DNA from: a virus
Strand: one strand, 5' to 3'
IMG/VR virus record: IMGVR_UViG_3300034159_000059
DNA: 64,000 nucleotides
Below the pieces are notes generated by a model. It saw nothing but the letters and a program-made list of their open reading frames with translations, did not search any database and was not told where the DNA came from. A program made the position numbers and the translations under genes. Shown in pieces: positions 8,831 to 17,108 of the stretch. Positions within the stretch are counted from its first letter, which is position 1. Each line of letters starts with the position of its first letter.

Positions 8831-9145
8831 CTACGACTTCACGACGGCCAGCGATGTGAGCTGCCCGGAGGTATTCATGGTAAGGGCGAGGGACATTGTC
8901 TCCACCAAGGTGCCTGATGCGTCGTACTGTTTCTTTGTGACGGAGGTTAGGACCCCACTCACGTCACGCGAGAGGGAAGTCTCTCGGATCTTCTGCGTCT
9001 TCCCTGAAGACGTCCAGAGGATGACAGAAGAGAGACGCCCATTCACGTCTCTCGACAGCTCTAGGTAGCCAGTGAAGAGGCTCCCGTGCGCCAGAGTGTG
9101 TCTGGTGTCGTGAGATACCTCGTTGATGATGTGAGGAATGGGCAT
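8831..9145 (-). CDS. Hypothetical protein (distal end of the tail operon)
   Basis: 104-aa ORF; start abuts the stop of the upstream fiber gene. Confidence 0.45.
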   Translation of the reverse strand: MPIPHIINEVSHDTRHTLAHGSLFTGYLELSRDVNGRLSSVILWTSSGKTQKIRETSLSRDVSGVLTSVTKKQYDASGTLVETMSLALTMNTSGQLTSLAVVKS

Positions 9146-9147
9146 GG

Positions 9148-10785
9148 TCAGCTCATAGCGATGACGAGGTCTCCGACGTTATGGACGTCAGCGTCGATCT
9201 GAGAGAGATCCTTCTGTCCTGTCCCCTTCAGGCTGTTCACGGCGTTGGTGATGGCCGTATTCGATGCCGGGTCGGGGGGCAGGTAGTCTGTCTTGGTTCG
9301 GATGGACCCCACGACGTCTCGGTCGATTTGTTGGAAGCCTGATGAGGTAGAGGCTGGGTCGGGAGGGAGGTTGTCCGTCTTGGCTTTGATAGCGACGATG
9401 CGATCTCTGTCATCGGACGTGAAAGCGTTGGCGCCTACACCAACCACTGAATCGATATGAGAGTTCGAGGCGGGATCGGATGGCAGGTAGTCTGTCTTGG
9501 CGCGGACCGCGACGATGTCTGAACGGTTGCTGTCTTCCGTAGACTTGATCGAAGCGAGGGTAGTGCGATCGGTAGACGTGAACGAGTTGTTGGTGACTGT
9601 AGCCACTGCCACGGCAGTGGCGTGCAGAGAGTCTGTCGAGCCCGTATATCCAGTACCTGCTAGATAGTCTCGGGCTCCGTTCACACCTGTGGCAGATGCC
9701 GGATCCGAAGGAAGGTTGTCGGTCTTGAGCTTGACCCCACGAGCGTAGACGTAGGTCTCGCTGATGGTCCTCTTCACATTCGAGCCGTAAGAGTTGTCGA
9801 GCCCGAAGAGAGCATCTCTGGCAGTAGTCACATCGCCCTGAGTAGACACTACGGAAGCGGGCATGACTGCGTTGATGGCGTTCAGTGCAGCACGATCGTC
9901 TGCGGTGAAGCCTCCTGATCCGGAGACGATGCCTGTGAGAGAGAGCTGAAGCTGGTGCAGGGAGTCTGTGGCCGCGCTGAAGCCCGTTCCTGCAAGAGCG
10001 GTGACATCACTCTGAGCCGCAGGAGTTGCTGGAAGGTTGTCGGTCTTGAGCTTGACCGCAGCGAGCTCGATCTGAATGTTGTGTAGAGAGTCTGTGCCAG
10101 AGACCCAACCCGAACCGCCTTTGAGCTCAGTGGCTCGGCTGTCTGTGTTCGAGTTGATGGACGTGACTGCACTCGTCACGTCCCCAACGGCAGCAGGAGC
10201 CGCTGGAAGGTTGTCTGTCTTCGCCTTGATGGCGTTGACGTTCGAGCGATCGGATGAGTTGAAAGAGTTCGTACCCAGCCACGTCTCGATCCCTGAAGTA
10301 GACACCGGATCGGAGGGCAAGTTGTCGGTCTTGGCCTTGACTGCCAGAAGCGTAGTGCGATCGTCTGAGCCGAAACCGCCACCAGAACTGCTTCCAGCAG
10401 ATACGTTCTGAATGTCCGCGGAGATGGAGGTGCTGACTGGAGTGCCGAGACGGTTGTATACGTCGGTCGCGTCTGCAACGACGATCTTCACCACTCCAGG
10501 GTATCGAGCCGCGCCGACGCACGTGACCATGTACTGGAACACACCAGGCTGATCTGTGTACGTCGCTGGGATGAGGATGTTGTAGTACCCAGCCTGGGAG
10601 TAAGCCCCTTGAGTCTTCTCCTCCCACATGCTCGGTGAGACGGTCAGATTAAACATCGTCCCATCGGATTTGATGACTGTGCAGTTGATGGAGCTGTACG
10701 CGACTCCGGCCATAGGCGCGTCAGAGACAGAGTCAACCAAGGTGACTGGCGCACGAACCACAGTGCTTTGCTTGTATTCAAGCAT
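9148..10785 (-). CDS. Tail fiber-like protein with tandem (A/K)KTDNLP(x)PA repeat units
   Basis: At least 7 copies of a roughly 35-45-aa unit …AVKAKTDNLPSDPAS…; paralog of 22433..23803 with near-identical stretches (DVTSAVTSINSN). Confidence 0.65.
   Translation of the reverse strand: MLEYKQSTVVRAPVTLVDSVSDAPMAGVAYSSINCTVIKSDGTMFNLTVSPSMWEEKTQGAYSQAGYYNILIPATYTDQPGVFQYMVTCVGAARYPGVVKIVVADATDVYNRLGTPVSTSISADIQNVSAGSSSGGGFGSDDRTTLLAVKAKTDNLPSDPVSTSGIETWLGTNSFNSSDRSNVNAIKAKTDNLPAAPAAVGDVTSAVTSINSNTDSRATELKGGSGWVSGTDSLHNIQIELAAVKLKTDNLPATPAAQSDVTALAGTGFSAATDSLHQLQLSLTGIVSGSGGFTADDRAALNAINAVMPASVVSTQGDVTTARDALFGLDNSYGSNVKRTISETYVYARGVKLKTDNLPSDPASATGVNGARDYLAGTGYTGSTDSLHATAVAVATVTNNSFTSTDRTTLASIKSTEDSNRSDIVAVRAKTDYLPSDPASNSHIDSVVGVGANAFTSDDRDRIVAIKAKTDNLPPDPASTSSGFQQIDRDVVGSIRTKTDYLPPDPASNTAITNAVNSLKGTGQKDLSQIDADVHNVGDLVIAMS
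9225..10350 (-). repeat. Intragenic tandem repeat array encoding the KTDNLP units
   Basis: Recurrent (a)agaccgacaacct(t/g)cc(g/a)tc… DNA units; segment 10185-10255 is nearly identical to 23155-23225. Confidence 0.5.
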
Positions 10786-11637
10786 CTAGTTGGTCCTCGG
10801 GTTGGTGCGAGTGCGCTTGAGGTTCTTCATCGTTCCACCCGTACCAGTGGCTGTGGAGATGATGTTCTTCATGGGACGGGAAGCTGAGTGGTGGACCGGG
10901 ACCGAGCTCGCTTGAGGATTCGCAGCGGCATACAGAGGAGCCGCTGAGAGGTAGTGCTCAGTGATGCGAGCCTGGCTGAGCGCTCCGCTGTACACAGCCA
11001 TGTCATTGAGACGGATGTTATTGGCATAGTAGGACGTGGAATTCCCTAGAAGAGCGTTCGAGGAGTTTTTCACGGTCCCTGAAGAGACTGTCCCATACCC
11101 TGTCCCTAGAAGCACTTTGCCGTTCACGTACCAAGATGCGCCATTCACAAAGGATCCGGAGCCATCCCAAACCATCACCAGGTGGACCCAAGCGCCTGCC
11201 GAGTACGTCGCGTTCGGTGATGAGTTCGTATAGTTGGAGGTACCGTTATTCATGAGGAAGCTGAAATGCCCTTGGTAGGCGTACATCGACCAAGCGTTCG
11301 AGGACGATCCCTTGCTGATGATTCCCAAGTTCGTAGTGAGGAAGCCTATGTCAGCGAACCAGCACTCAACGGTGAAAGGCTGGTTGTACTCGAAGTCCCC
11401 GACCGAGGTCGGTAGTGTGACGACTCCGTTCGAATTCCCCGGGAAGGATACACACAAGCTGTCTGCCTTACCTCCGCCTAGACCGATCAAACGGGCATCT
11501 TGCCCAATCACCATAGAACTACCGTAGACCCCGTTCCGCCCGTTTGGGGAAGAATCCACAGCCGTCGTCCCTGAAGACTCGATGAGTCTCCAAAAACCAA
11601 CAGGAGAGTCTGCGAGCACTGCTGTAGCGTAGGACAT
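10786..11637 (-). CDS. Concanavalin A-like lectin/glucanase (LamG-type) domain protein; possible receptor-binding/adhesin module
   Basis: VGFWRL…SSPNGRNGVY…FTVECWF…AWVHLVMVWDGSGS…YVNGK matches the LamG jelly-roll signature; ATG at 11637 follows the stop of the upstream gene. Confidence 0.6.
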   Translation of the reverse strand: MSYATAVLADSPVGFWRLIESSGTTAVDSSPNGRNGVYGSSMVIGQDARLIGLGGGKADSLCVSFPGNSNGVVTLPTSVGDFEYNQPFTVECWFADIGFLTTNLGIISKGSSSNAWSMYAYQGHFSFLMNNGTSNYTNSSPNATYSAGAWVHLVMVWDGSGSFVNGASWYVNGKVLLGTGYGTVSSGTVKNSSNALLGNSTSYYANNIRLNDMAVYSGALSQARITEHYLSAAPLYAAANPQASSVPVHHSASRPMKNIISTATGTGGTMKNLKRTRTNPRTN

Positions 11638-11639
11638 GG

Positions 11640-12986
11640 CTATAGGTTGACGGGCATGAGGAAGAAGCGAAAAGTGCATACCGGGAAATAGGTGTAGAGG
11701 ATGACCTCTCCTATACTCGTAGAACTGTTGGTTCTAGAAGCAAAGGCGAAAGAAGACGCGCTGTACCCGTTGTACACGTCACCGGAAGGAGGCGTGTTAT
11801 TCCCTACACTGCCGGGGAAGTCACAGCGAATCATCACGTAGGTGTTGCCGTCATCAGAGGGTCCAAAACTCGCAAGATGGAGACCACTCGGATTCATGAT
11901 GGGGTACTTGAGGTACTTCACATCCCCTCGCTTCCCCTCATTCCCCACCATCCCTGTAGAGCTGGGCTTTGCACTCTGATACGCATCAACGTCGCAGTAC
12001 TGAAACCGAGCTGCGTCGTCGAGACTGGTTCTCGTGAAGTCGTCGAGGTACGAATACCCTCTCGGAGAGAGGGTCGTCATGCAGGGATGCTGGATTACGG
12101 AGTTGGACCACATGGTGCTACTGATGGACTTCCAGATCTCAGCGCATCCCACTGTGTTATTGGCGTCTGTAATACTTGTCGCATAGTATGCGTTCAACCC
12201 TGAGTAATCCATGTTCGAACACGCAAAGAGGAGGCAGGAAGTGTCCCCTACTCTGTAGGGAGTGAGATTCCCGACGTAGAGAAAGTCTGCGACTCCAGAG
12301 AAAGATGGATCTCCTGATGTCCAGAGCCCAAGAGCATCAGGCAGTGCCCATAGGATGTACTGAATCTTGCTGGTCGAAGACTGTTGAGAGCTGAAGCCTC
12401 TCATGATCTCCATCGTGCTCGGGTTGGCGCCGACATGGGTTGATGCGTTCCATGTCTCATACACCTGGACGAATAGTAGATCTCCGTAAGAAGCACCCCG
12501 AGCCAGTAGAACGTAGAAGGTCTTCTGCTGGCTCGTACACTGAAGAACAACGTACCCACCGGTCTTGGTGTACGCCCTGCCAGGAGAGATGCTGGTTCCT
12601 GTGTAGTTGCGATCCAGAGTCGCTTGGTAACCGTTGGCGTTGGCCGCGTTGATGGTGTACCAGTTGGACTGATCCGAAGAGATCTGAGTGACTCCGGGAG
12701 CGATACACCTCGCAAAGCGCATCGCGTTGTTGTTGCCTTGCGAGATGGCGCTAGACCCGTTGGTCATCGTGGTCCCGTTCGCAGATACCAAGCCGGTGAC
12801 GTAACCAGTACATGCAAACGGGACGACCAGAGGGGTTCCAGACCTCTGGTCATCGTATAGAGTCCAACCATTCACGCCACTTCCGATGTCAGCCACGATA
12901 TCGGAGAGGATGTTTGCGAAGCTCGAAACAGGAAGAGCGGTGTAGCCTTGAGGAGATCCACCAGTGTGAGGGAAGAACCCAGCCAT
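11640..12986 (-). CDS. Hypothetical tail fiber/baseplate-associated protein
   Basis: 448-aa ORF in the fiber cluster; Ser/Thr/Gly/Asn-rich, beta-rich composition. Confidence 0.5.
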   Translation of the reverse strand: MAGFFPHTGGSPQGYTALPVSSFANILSDIVADIGSGVNGWTLYDDQRSGTPLVVPFACTGYVTGLVSANGTTMTNGSSAISQGNNNAMRFARCIAPGVTQISSDQSNWYTINAANANGYQATLDRNYTGTSISPGRAYTKTGGYVVLQCTSQQKTFYVLLARGASYGDLLFVQVYETWNASTHVGANPSTMEIMRGFSSQQSSTSKIQYILWALPDALGLWTSGDPSFSGVADFLYVGNLTPYRVGDTSCLLFACSNMDYSGLNAYYATSITDANNTVGCAEIWKSISSTMWSNSVIQHPCMTTLSPRGYSYLDDFTRTSLDDAARFQYCDVDAYQSAKPSSTGMVGNEGKRGDVKYLKYPIMNPSGLHLASFGPSDDGNTYVMIRCDFPGSVGNNTPPSGDVYNGYSASSFAFASRTNSSTSIGEVILYTYFPVCTFRFFLMPVNL

Positions 12987-12992
12987 GTGTAG

Positions 12993-13637
12993 CTACCTCA
13001 TTCCGTAGTCAACGATCTGCACTTCGAGGTTGGAAGAAGATGTTGCGATGCCGAGCTGGATCATTCGATTTCCGGCCGACAAGGATTCGTACAGAGCAGG
13101 ATGCCCGTCCGTTGGACCTAGGAAGTAGGGAGTGCCTGGGGTGGCCCCTGAGAGGCCTCCAGTGAGTGCCCCGGCCACGAGAACCCCCACCCCGCCTCCT
13201 GATGCCACGGAGGCCGAAGCAACGCCTAGGACGAGGCTCTTGGCGTCGGTAGCGCAGTCTCCGTTCGCCACCCTCCCAGCCGAGGTGAGGTAGACCCCCG
13301 ACCCCTTCGTGACTCCATTCGAGACGAAGGTGGGCATGAGGAGGGTGGCAGTAGGAGCTCCTGGCCCGGCGCTTCCAGTCTGGAAGGCGGCCGAGATGGC
13401 TACACCAAGTTGACGGTAGAAAAGCTGGGCTGCTGCCGTCGTGAGGGAGAGGGATGCGGGGCTCTGATCCGGTCCTGGGGGAAGAACAGTTGCAGAAGGA
13501 AGAAGAGAAGGATCCGTCCCCCCTACTGCTCCGGACTCTATGAGTCGCAAGAAGGCTGCGACGAATGCTTCCGCGTTCGTGATGTCCGCGGTGGTGATCG
13601 GGAGAGGGCCGGTGGGAATCAGAACTGGATTCGGCAT
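12993..13637 (-). CDS. Hypothetical structural protein
   Basis: 214-aa ORF; Gly/Ala/Ser-rich. Confidence 0.5.
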   Translation of the reverse strand: MPNPVLIPTGPLPITTADITNAEAFVAAFLRLIESGAVGGTDPSLLPSATVLPPGPDQSPASLSLTTAAAQLFYRQLGVAISAAFQTGSAGPGAPTATLLMPTFVSNGVTKGSGVYLTSAGRVANGDCATDAKSLVLGVASASVASGGGVGVLVAGALTGGLSGATPGTPYFLGPTDGHPALYESLSAGNRMIQLGIATSSSNLEVQIVDYGMR

Positions 13638-13645
13638 CAGCTACC

Positions 13646-13903
13646 CTACCTCACGCTTCTGGTTGGCCGCATCGGGCTGAGCAGCTTCGGCTGTGGTTTG
13701 TAGATGCTCTCAGCCCACTGTGGGTCGATACGAACTCCGCAGAAAGGACAGTAGTTGATAGGAACGAGAAAGAAAACCCTTGGGTCGAACTCTGCACGGA
13801 CGCAGATGCTGAAGCGATCCGGATGCTGAGAGTAGGTGACGAGCGCATCGATGAAAGCCTGCATGAGATCGCAAGGAGTTCGGTCACAGACGCGATGAGC
13901 CAT
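13646..13903 (-). CDS. Small Cys-rich (zinc-ribbon-like) protein
   Basis: CDRTPCD…CPFCG cysteine pairs. Confidence 0.45.
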   Translation of the reverse strand: MAHRVCDRTPCDLMQAFIDALVTYSQHPDRFSICVRAEFDPRVFFLVPINYCPFCGVRIDPQWAESIYKPQPKLLSPMRPTRSVR

Positions 13904-13905
13904 GC

Positions 13906-14226
13906 TCAGCCTCCCTTCTGTCTTGCTGCCCTACGCTTGAGATACGAGAGGATCGTCTCTTCATCTTCGTCTTGCTTCACCATGAGCTGGATGGCCTCAT
14001 CTTCCCCAAAGACATCAAGGTCTTCATCTTTCAGCTTCGGGCGCTTCTTCGCCTCAACCGAGTCACTGGGAAGAACATGAACTCTCCCCAGGACATCGAG
14101 CATGAAGACAGCGGTACCGCAGCTTTTGAGAGCTGCGGTGGCCGCGATCCCGACTGCATAGAGGCTCGGGCGGTGCCCGCTCACGAGCTTGCTGAGAACC
14201 AAGTCCTCTTCGACCTTCTCCTCCAT
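13906..14226 (-). CDS. Hypothetical protein; first gene of this minus-strand block
   Basis: 106-aa ORF. Confidence 0.45.
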   Translation of the reverse strand: MEEKVEEDLVLSKLVSGHRPSLYAVGIAATAALKSCGTAVFMLDVLGRVHVLPSDSVEAKKRPKLKDEDLDVFGEDEAIQLMVKQDEDEETILSYLKRRAARQKGG

Positions 14227-14282
14227 GGGTCCTCCACTCCGGTTTGACAGTGCTACGCTGTCATTCTGCCACGTCCAGGCAG

Positions 14283-14359
14283 GTGAAAACCCCTTTCACT
14301 TCATGATACCAAAGCCGGTTTCGGTGCGGTAAACGTCGTGAAGTGAAAGCCCCTTTCAC
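14283..14359. promoter_or_regulatory. Two 17-bp perfect palindromes GTGAAA(A/G)CCCCTTTCAC, 60 bp apart; candidate operator pair
   Basis: 14283-14299 GTGAAAACCCCTTTCAC; 14343-14359 GTGAAAGCCCCTTTCAC; each preceded by (t)cgtgaa / caggcag(g); they sit in the divergent intergenic region upstream of the RHH-like gene. Confidence 0.5.
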
Positions 14360-14416
14360 CCTCGTACCCGGAACGGTGGCATCTTACATCAACTCGTCTT
14401 GAACAGGAGGTTGAGC

Positions 14417-14590
14417 ATGCCGGTAGGGTTCCCTCGCATGGAATTCCATCCCAGTCCGGATACCAGAAGGTACATCGAGAAGCTTCGAGAAGAGCTTTCG
14501 AAGAGCGCCAAGAAGCGAATTACCCTAAGTGAGGTTATCGAAGAGATTCTCCGCATGTACATCGAAAAGGCTGAGCGCGAGAGAGGGTAG
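14417..14590 (+). CDS. Small putative DNA-binding protein (ribbon-helix-helix-like)
   Basis: ATG 6 nt after AGGAGG; KKRITLSEVIEEILRMYIEKAE resembles the RHH/CopG beta-strand plus helix; directly downstream of the palindrome pair. Confidence 0.5.
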   Translation: MPVGFPRMEFHPSPDTRRYIEKLREELSKSAKKRITLSEVIEEILRMYIEKAERERG

Positions 14591-14674
14591 TTCTCAAGAA
14601 GCATCTTGCTTTTTCAGGTCTTGATGCTAAGAGATGCATGAGAAGAAGTTCTTCTCTCAAGAAAGGAAGAAGTC

Positions 14675-15280
14675 ATGCCTCGTGGCATTTACGATCGCAG
14701 TCAGATGAAGCCGAAGGGGACGGCCAAGACCGCCAAGGCGGCCGAGCCCACCACCGGCGGTGGGTCCGCTCTCACCAACTCCCCTCTGAAGAGGAAGTAC
14801 GTGAGGAAGGCCACCACACAAGCTCTCAAGGCTGTCCTCGACTCTCCCAAAGGGTTCGAGGCGTCTGGAACGGCGCCAGAGTCTGACCTCGGTGGCGTGG
14901 TCTTCTCTTCCGTCGGAATGCTCTACACCCATCTCGGTCAGCTCCACTCCGCAAGGGTGCAGCTCTCTCAGCAGAGCATCGACCACAACCCCAAGGTCAT
15001 CGCCGTCATCGACGAAGAGATCATCGCCACGCTCGGCTCTCTGAAGATCTGGAGACAGAACACCTTCAAGACCGAGAGCAAGGAGCCGGAAGCGCAGACC
15101 CAGAGCATCCCGGTGATCCCGCCGGCCCTTGTCGCAGCGGCCCCAGCGCCTGCCCCGGCACCCGCTCCAGCGCCTGCCCCTGCGTTCCAGGGAGCCTCTA
15201 CGATGACTCCGCCCCCCGCACCGCTCCCCTTCTCGCCCCAGACGGTCGAGGAAGTGCGCCGCGCATCCGGCCAGGCGTAA
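14675..15280 (+). CDS. Hypothetical protein with a C-terminal (Ala-Pro)n repeat
   Basis: RBS AAGGAAGAAG; AAAPAPAPAPAPAPAPAPA tract; simple DNA repeat at 15139-15186. Confidence 0.55.
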   Translation: MPRGIYDRSQMKPKGTAKTAKAAEPTTGGGSALTNSPLKRKYVRKATTQALKAVLDSPKGFEASGTAPESDLGGVVFSSVGMLYTHLGQLHSARVQLSQQSIDHNPKVIAVIDEEIIATLGSLKIWRQNTFKTESKEPEAQTQSIPVIPPALVAAAPAPAPAPAPAPAPAFQGASTMTPPPAPLPFSPQTVEEVRRASGQA

Positions 15281-15307
15281 CAAAACCGGCCGAGCAGAGA
15301 CTCGAAG

Positions 15308-15334
15308 GGCCCCGTTTCGGGGCCCTTTTTCTTC
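15308..15334 (+). terminator. Rho-independent terminator
   Basis: GGGCCCCG-ttt-CGGGGCCC followed by TTTTTCTT. Confidence 0.8.
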
Positions 15335-15386
15335 CCACGAGAGGCGTCTTCCTAGAGAATCCCCTTGAAACTGCAAGGGGATCCAC

Positions 15387-15599
15387 ATGGCGCTACGAGG
15401 TACAGTGAAGTGGTTCAACGATGCAAAGGGCTACGGGTTCATCAAGCCTGACGATGGGGGGAAGGACATCTTTGTCCACCACTCCGTCATCAAGATGGAT
15501 GGGTTCCGCACTCTCTCTGAAGGGGAGCGCGTCGAGTACACCATCGAGGCCGGGGCGAAGGGCCCGCAGGCCGTAAACGTCTCTCGCATCTCAGAGTAG
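15387..15599 (+). CDS. cspA: Cold-shock protein (CspA family, S1-like cold-shock domain)
   Basis: [35 protein letters not shown]…[20 protein letters not shown]: canonical CSD with RNP1 (KGYGFI) and RNP2 (VFVHH) motifs. Confidence 0.9.
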   Translation: MALRGTVKWFNDAKGYGFIKPDDGGKDIFVHHSVIKMDGFRTLSEGERVEYTIEAGAKGPQAVNVSRISE

Positions 15600-15614
15600 T
15601 GCTCAAGACAAGGG

Positions 15615-15658
15615 AAGGCCGCGCTCCCGGGGGGAAGAAGCGCGGCCTTCTTGTCGCC
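15615..15658. terminator. Hairpin terminator at the convergent boundary
   Basis: GAAGGCCGCGC-15 nt loop-GCGCGGCCTTC followed by TTGTCGCCC. Confidence 0.6.
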
Positions 15659-15680
15659 CTCCTGCCTCGTGGGGGGAGGG

Positions 15681-16397
15681 CTACGCTCCGATGGCTGCTT
15701 GAGCGGATGAGCCCGTGACCAGCGCGAGCTGAGCGACAGCGATGGGGACCACTCGCTCAGGCTGGAGTGCCACCTGCTCTTGCACCACACACCCCTGCGC
15801 GTCTGTCGCGATGGAGTGGGAGGGGATGTACGTCTCCTCCAAGTAGAAGGCGCAGAGCGTGGTCTCGTTCGAGTCCTTCATGTAGACGAGAAGACCACAC
15901 GGTTGCGAGAAGAGGTCCGACGCCAGGTTCAGGTAGATGTTCTCGAAGCCCGGCGGAATCTTCACGTCGTGTTGGTTGGCGACGCTCGCCATGATGTTCG
16001 GATCCACCCCGAACGTCGGAACGAGGGTGGGGGCCGGATCCTGGTAGAAGGCGTACATCACCCGGAGGATCGAGGGGCCGTTGTAGAGCACCCGTCCGAA
16101 GCCGGCCTGAGCGACGGTGCGCCCGGCGATGAAGTAGCTCCGCTCGCTCCCGAGCTCCCAGAAACGAGCGAAGGCCTTGTTGTGTGCGAGGTTGAAGTTC
16201 TGGACGATGCCGATGGGCAACGCCCAGTTCTGCTTGCCGACGGACGCCGCGGCTGCTGCTGATCCTCCCACGGCGGCGAGCCGGGGCGGACCAGCGGCGA
16301 GCATGGTGAAGACGCCCGAGGCGAAACGGCCCTCTCCCAGGGCCGACGAGTTGTCGACTTTCTGGGAGTAGGGCTGCCAGTTCGTGATGGAGGACAT
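15681..16397 (-). CDS. Tail structural protein (tube-like / tube-associated)
   Basis: 238-aa ORF immediately downstream of the sheath and putative tube genes. Confidence 0.45.
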   Translation of the reverse strand: MSSITNWQPYSQKVDNSSALGEGRFASGVFTMLAAGPPRLAAVGGSAAAAASVGKQNWALPIGIVQNFNLAHNKAFARFWELGSERSYFIAGRTVAQAGFGRVLYNGPSILRVMYAFYQDPAPTLVPTFGVDPNIMASVANQHDVKIPPGFENIYLNLASDLFSQPCGLLVYMKDSNETTLCAFYLEETYIPSHSIATDAQGCVVQEQVALQPERVVPIAVAQLALVTGSSAQAAIGA

Positions 16398-16437
16398 GAG
16401 CCGCTCCTTGAGTGAGGGTTGACGTCAACGCCTGTTG

Positions 16438-17079
16438 TTAGGCGTTGGCGAAGACCTCGAAGTCCTTCGAGCCATCGGCGAGGTTGCTCGCGGACGGAGT
16501 GAAGGCACTGTAGGTGAGGTCGATGGTGGAGACGTCCTGCACGCCTGCCACGAAGACCTGAACGTTGTCGCTCTGGAGCTTGACGGTCCCGCAGGCCAGC
16601 TTGTCGCCTGTGCCGAGAGAGACGACGTTGGTGGCGTGAGTGTCGGTGCCGCTACCAGTGTAGCTCATGCGCGTGACGGTCTTGAAGATCTTCGTCCCGT
16701 ACACGGCATTGCCCACACTGGCGACGATGGTATCGCTGGCCGCCTTACCGAACTGATCGGTGCCTTCGACCAGGACATCGCCGCCATCCCAGTCCGCGCC
16801 GAAGGTGCAGGAGACATTCCGAGCGAACGTGGGGTTGGTGGAAACCGTCACGCGCACCTTGGTGTCCGGGGCGACCGGAGCAGCGTCACCGAAGACGTTG
16901 GCATGAAGCACCGTGGCATTCTTCGCAGGCACGTCAGTGAGGGTGATCCTCACAGGAGAGCCCTTCACGTCTTCGGAGCCAGCTCCGTAAACGACGCCCT
17001 GGGCAGTGTAATCGCCCCTCCTCGCCAGGTTGGTGAGGAAGGTCCGAGCTCGATTCGAGAGGGAAGTGGGGACTGCCAT
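16438..17079 (-). CDS. Putative tail tube protein
   Basis: 213-aa beta-rich ORF directly downstream of the sheath gene (canonical myovirus order). Confidence 0.45.
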   Translation of the reverse strand: MAVPTSLSNRARTFLTNLARRGDYTAQGVVYGAGSEDVKGSPVRITLTDVPAKNATVLHANVFGDAAPVAPDTKVRVTVSTNPTFARNVSCTFGADWDGGDVLVEGTDQFGKAASDTIVASVGNAVYGTKIFKTVTRMSYTGSGTDTHATNVVSLGTGDKLACGTVKLQSDNVQVFVAGVQDVSTIDLTYSAFTPSASNLADGSKDFEVFANA

Positions 17080-17108
17080 GACTGTTTCTCCTTACAAGTA
17101 GATCGGGT

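Noticed and set aside
15139-15186. GCNCCN tandem DNA repeat, considered as a CRISPR-like or satellite repeat
   Set aside because: It is the coding (Ala-Pro)n tract of gene 14675..15280; no repeat-spacer architecture anywhere in the window
15757-16428. Alternative-frame minus ORFs inside structural genes (15757..16428, 18610..19314, 19019..19564, 47958..48455)
   Set aside because: Arg/Pro/His-rich composition with no RBS; overlap in a different frame with the sheath/tube-like/large virion genes
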